Shown piece by piece: positions 60,032 to 64,000 of a DNA stretch of 64,000 nucleotides (the stretch's first letter is position 1; each line of letters opens with the position of its first letter). This DNA comes from Lepidodermella squamata. Its lineage: Eukaryota; Animalia; Gastrotricha. The position numbers and the translations under genes were made by a program. A model generated the notes under the pieces. The model was not told the origin of the DNA, searched no databases, and was given only the letters and a program-made list of their open reading frames with translations. The stretch spans positions 1,798,001-1,862,000 of the forward strand of contig JBLDXI010000025.1 of the NCBI GenBank assembly GCA_047495785.1, read 5' to 3'.

Positions 60032-63000
60032 CTAATTTTTCGGGGAGCCGCCGGCGCTCGGCTGCGGCAGGCCGTGCACGACGACGGGCGGTGAGACGCG
60101 AGCGGCGCCCGGCGCCGGGCCGCCCTGCGGCTGCGTGCCCTGCTGCTTGATGCGGAACAGCGGGTTGTCGACCTGCATTTCACCGGTCGGCGCCAGGCCA
60201 GGGCACTCGTACACCGTGTAGTCGTTCTCGTCGTTATCATCGCCCGACTCGGCGTCCGAATCACCGAATTCAGCCGGCACATCAGCCCTTCAAAAATTAA
60301 AAAAAAACATATTAAAAATCTGAAAATTTGAAAAATCCATCTTAACAATTCGAAAATTTCAAAATAAATTGAAAAATGAATTTTCTTCTATTTTGATTGA
60401 ATTTTGAAATTTACCACCAAAGAATGGATTGCCATTGCCTGTAAGCTAGTTCTGGGTATAATTGTAGTGCAATGTAAAAATCTGAGCCGAATTTCGGGTT
60501 CATAGAAAATGAGCTAGGCATGATTTGGTTCGGTCAAGTGGAAAGTACAAAAGAAAACGTGAGCAATAACATTTCCAGTTCCATTAGGCTGCTTTTATAT
60601 TATGCGAATATCTTAATTCCTTTATCACGATGACTAGCCTAATGTTTCAGCAGGCCCGGATGAGTCATTAGTATGCAATTTTATTACCGGACCAACTGAC
60701 CCCAGGCACCGCGATAAAAAAAGCGCCGATATGACTAATTCTAGGGTCTAAAGAAGAGAGAACAAATCGTCAACTTACGACTCGGCAGCCATCATTTCCT
60801 TCTTGTGGTGTTCGAAGTGGTAGAGCGTGGCGTTGTTCGCCAGCTTCTTGTCGACGTTCGAACCGCCGCCGAAAATCGCCGACAACTTGCTAGCGGCAGC
60901 CGACGCGGCGCTGCTGTTCAGCGAATCGCGCGACCCGGAACCGCCCACCTGCTTGCCCGACCCATTGCCAGGGCCGCTGTAGTCGAATCGCTGCGCTGAG
61001 CGCGAACGCTTCTGAATCCTGAAAAAAATAAAATAAATTAAATATATTCAATTTCCAAATTTTTCAATTGAAATTTATTTTCAAAATATTTCAAAAAATT
61101 ACTTGGGATCTTGTTGGTACATATTAAGGCAGCAAACAGTTTTGAGAAAATATTTCGCAAAAGCAACGCAGCAAGACTCTGAATCGAAATCCTCCTTATT
61201 CTTCAAGTCACACGGCGTATTTTCGCTGATAGCAGGCAATTTTGCAGCATTTTTGTGTTGAGCCACTTTTAAGCAAGAAAATTCATACTTTTTTCGGTAG
61301 AAAATTCTTGTAACCAGGCGAAATCTCGGCCCGGCCTAGCCACACCTGTTCACGCTCGTCTGGCACGATTATTTTTAATGCAATATTTATTCGCGTTCAG
61401 TCGCCATTTTTCTTTACGCAGCTTATCACGTCGCTCAACAGCTGGCATATATTAATAATTTTGGGCCATAAATATATTTTTTCTCATTTTCTTTTTATCA
61501 ACTGTTTCACGCTTTGTTTGGCATAGTAACCAGGTGAAGCGAAATGGACTGCCTGAAATCCCACTGGCCTGCCTGCTATGGTGATTCACCTATAAATCAC
61601 GAGTTTTTTCCCCTATCGCAGCACTTGAAATGTTCCATAATAGCAGCTGAGATCGATAAAAAAATCTAAATTTTGCGTAGGAAACGCGCGATAATATACA
61701 CGCAATAATCGACGCGTGCGTTTATTATAAAATCAGCCAATCAGCGGCGAGATTGAAGGATTTACCGTTGCTATCACACGACTGACCGTCCTCTAATGGA
61801 TTCGCATCGGAAAGCAGAAAAACAGCTTAAAAATCAAATAAAAAAGATCAGGCCTACTGCGCTTTAGGTGCGGGCAAACAAACAGCAATAAAAAGTCGAG
61901 TGGGCACTCTGCGGCGGCTTAATAAAAGTCTACTCGAGTGCCCTAGGAGTTCGAAACGTTGCGAACATTTTTACGAGGGATGATAGTTTTACGCTGAAAT
62001 AAGGCGTGGTTGGAAAACTTACTTGACAAAGCAGAAAATCGAGAGAATGACGCCAAACGCCGCAGCGACCGCCAGACACGTCAGCAGGCCTAAAAAAAAA
62101 TTAAAAATTAAATTCGAAAATTCGAAAAAAATTATAAAAAATATCTAAATAAATTGGCAAAAAAACCGAAAAATTATGAAAATTTACCAATCATGACGAA
62201 ATCGATATTGCTAGCGGTTTTCGCCTGCATTTGTTGCTGCTGCAGAGCACCGGTCTGCGGGGCTTTAGTGATCAAAATTTGCTGAGTAGTTGTGGTGCTA
62301 GACGACGGCAATTTCGTCGTCATTTTAACGCTATTATCGCGCTGTTTCGAGGCAACGGCGCCGCCTTGTAGCCGGCCTAACAAAGATTGCACGTAGTTGT
62401 CGGCCGCTTCTTCCTCGTCGTCGCTGTCGTCGCCTTCGTCCTCGGTATCAAGGCCGCCTTCAACCTGCTGGTCGTCCTGATCGTCCGCCGCCTCTTCCTC
62501 TTCTTCTAGGCCCTGGCGGCTGTACAAAAATCCTACGCTAGGATCGGCTCGCTGCGCAAAGGTCGGGCCCTGTTCACGCGCCTGGAACTTGGCGAAATCC
62601 GAGAGAAAATCAAGCGCTTGATCCGCCTCCTGTTGCTGTTTAATCTGGAGCAATTGCAACTTCGACGGCCCTACAGCTGCAGCGGGTACCGCCGTAAAAT
62701 CTGGGTCATCGTTAGGAGCTTCCTTATGAACCTGGGGATCTAAAAAATAGCAGCAAATAAATTTCAAATAACTTCACAAAAATAATCCATAATTAATTTG
62801 ACCCTTAATTTTGAGATTAGGGAATATAAATCGGATCTAAAAATGAAACCTTATAAATGATCAATTTAAAGCCAGGATAGGATTTTAGATAAAGTCCTAC
62901 AACAAAAATTGATGAGGTTATCCAAGAGCTCTAACCACGCAAATTCCCGAAAATTTCAGAGCAAGGTGGTGCAGAAAAAACCCAAAGTACCAGGCAAATA

Positions 63001-63718
63001 CAATAATTGCTATTAGGCACGCAAAAAATGCTATAAAAAATAAAATAATAGCAATTTGGCTATGACCGATTAGGAATAATTATGCGGTGAATAAATATAT
63101 CTGAATTTTTGCTAAAAAATTGCAGAATAAAAAATGTAAAATTCCGGTCTATGGATTGATTAATATTATAAAAAGTACTGACACTAATCAGAAGATAATA
63201 TTACGTATATTCTTATGTATATACTTTAGTCGCGCCAAGACGTATATTACATGAAAAAACGCGGTGTTGAAACACCTGCCCAGATGAGGCGAAGGATGAA
63301 AAATTGTGAGTTTCATCATCTTCAACTCAAACATATGACAAGGTCATAAACCCATAAAGAGCGAATGTAACCATTAAGACCTATGACGTCACTGTATAAA
63401 TCAAGAATTAAGCAAAAAAAACCAAACGAACTGCATACATACACCACTTGAGTAGGCGTTAATAATAATTAAGGTGGCGGTATTAACTAATTTCTTTCCG
63501 ACATGCAAGATAAGGCGCGAGTTATATAACCACCCTGCGGTATACCCAAGTATAATATATAACCCGAATGAGGTGGTGTGGGAACAAACCATGTGAAAAC
63601 ACGCGTAAAAAAACGGAGTCGACTTACCGAACACAATGCGCTCTTTGAGCGCTGACGCGCTTTCGGCCGCGAAAATGGCCACCAAACAAGATATAGCCAG
63701 TAGTTTAGGCTCTATCAT
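60032..63718 (-). CDS. NPDC1: Neural proliferation differentiation and control protein 1 (CAB-1) homologue; exons 63718-63628, 62739-62188, 62089-62023, 61018-60779, 60287-60032
   Basis: Signal peptide, single TM, DKKLANNATLYHFEHHKKEMMA, and the signature DYTVYECPGLAPTGEMQVDNPLF. Confidence 0.93.
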
Positions 63719-64000
63719 GCTGTATTTCGTTGTTTTTGTCCAGGAAAAATGTGTCTATACACCCTAGTATATATAATATGAAATGTTCGAGAAAACGTGA
63801 AAAATAAGCGATATGACTAATGCACCATCAAGGCGTGCTGTAGCCACACGTCATATTACTATAGGCTAGGTGATAATATTTCTATCGAAAAAAGTGTTCG
63901 AATAGGTAGGAGGTGAGGCTAATCTCAACTGACACATCAGGTTTCAAAACGACGCCTCGTAAAAAACAAGGAATTTTTAATTAAGCAAAAAAGTCGATGA

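Overview
Intron-containing genomic DNA from an invertebrate animal (species not determinable). Many introns are short (about 50-60 nt) and AT-rich. From left to right the window holds: (1) a young but rearranged Ty1/copia LTR retrotransposon (1-4370), whose 5' end carries two different tRNA-iMet-derived primer copies and lacks most of gag; (2) a divergent anion-type Cys-loop channel subunit; (3) a two-domain GT32-type glycosyltransferase; (4) four paralogous secreted cysteine-rich peptide genes (12.0-21.3 kb) that look like a re-wired CHH/ITP-type scaffold; (5) two paralogous secreted proteins sharing an unnamed beta-rich domain, one with two Kunitz domains; (6) a CEP350 orthologue with no visible CAP-Gly; (7) a defensin-like peptide; (8) a VWC-SRCR-SRCR-ZP-GPI gene with apparent mutually exclusive exons; (9) an orphan secreted protein; (10) NPDC1. 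LINE and Penelope relics, MITE-like inverted repeats and a perfect palindrome lie between these genes. Gene models were spliced by hand and family calls come from remembered motifs; no database searches were run.
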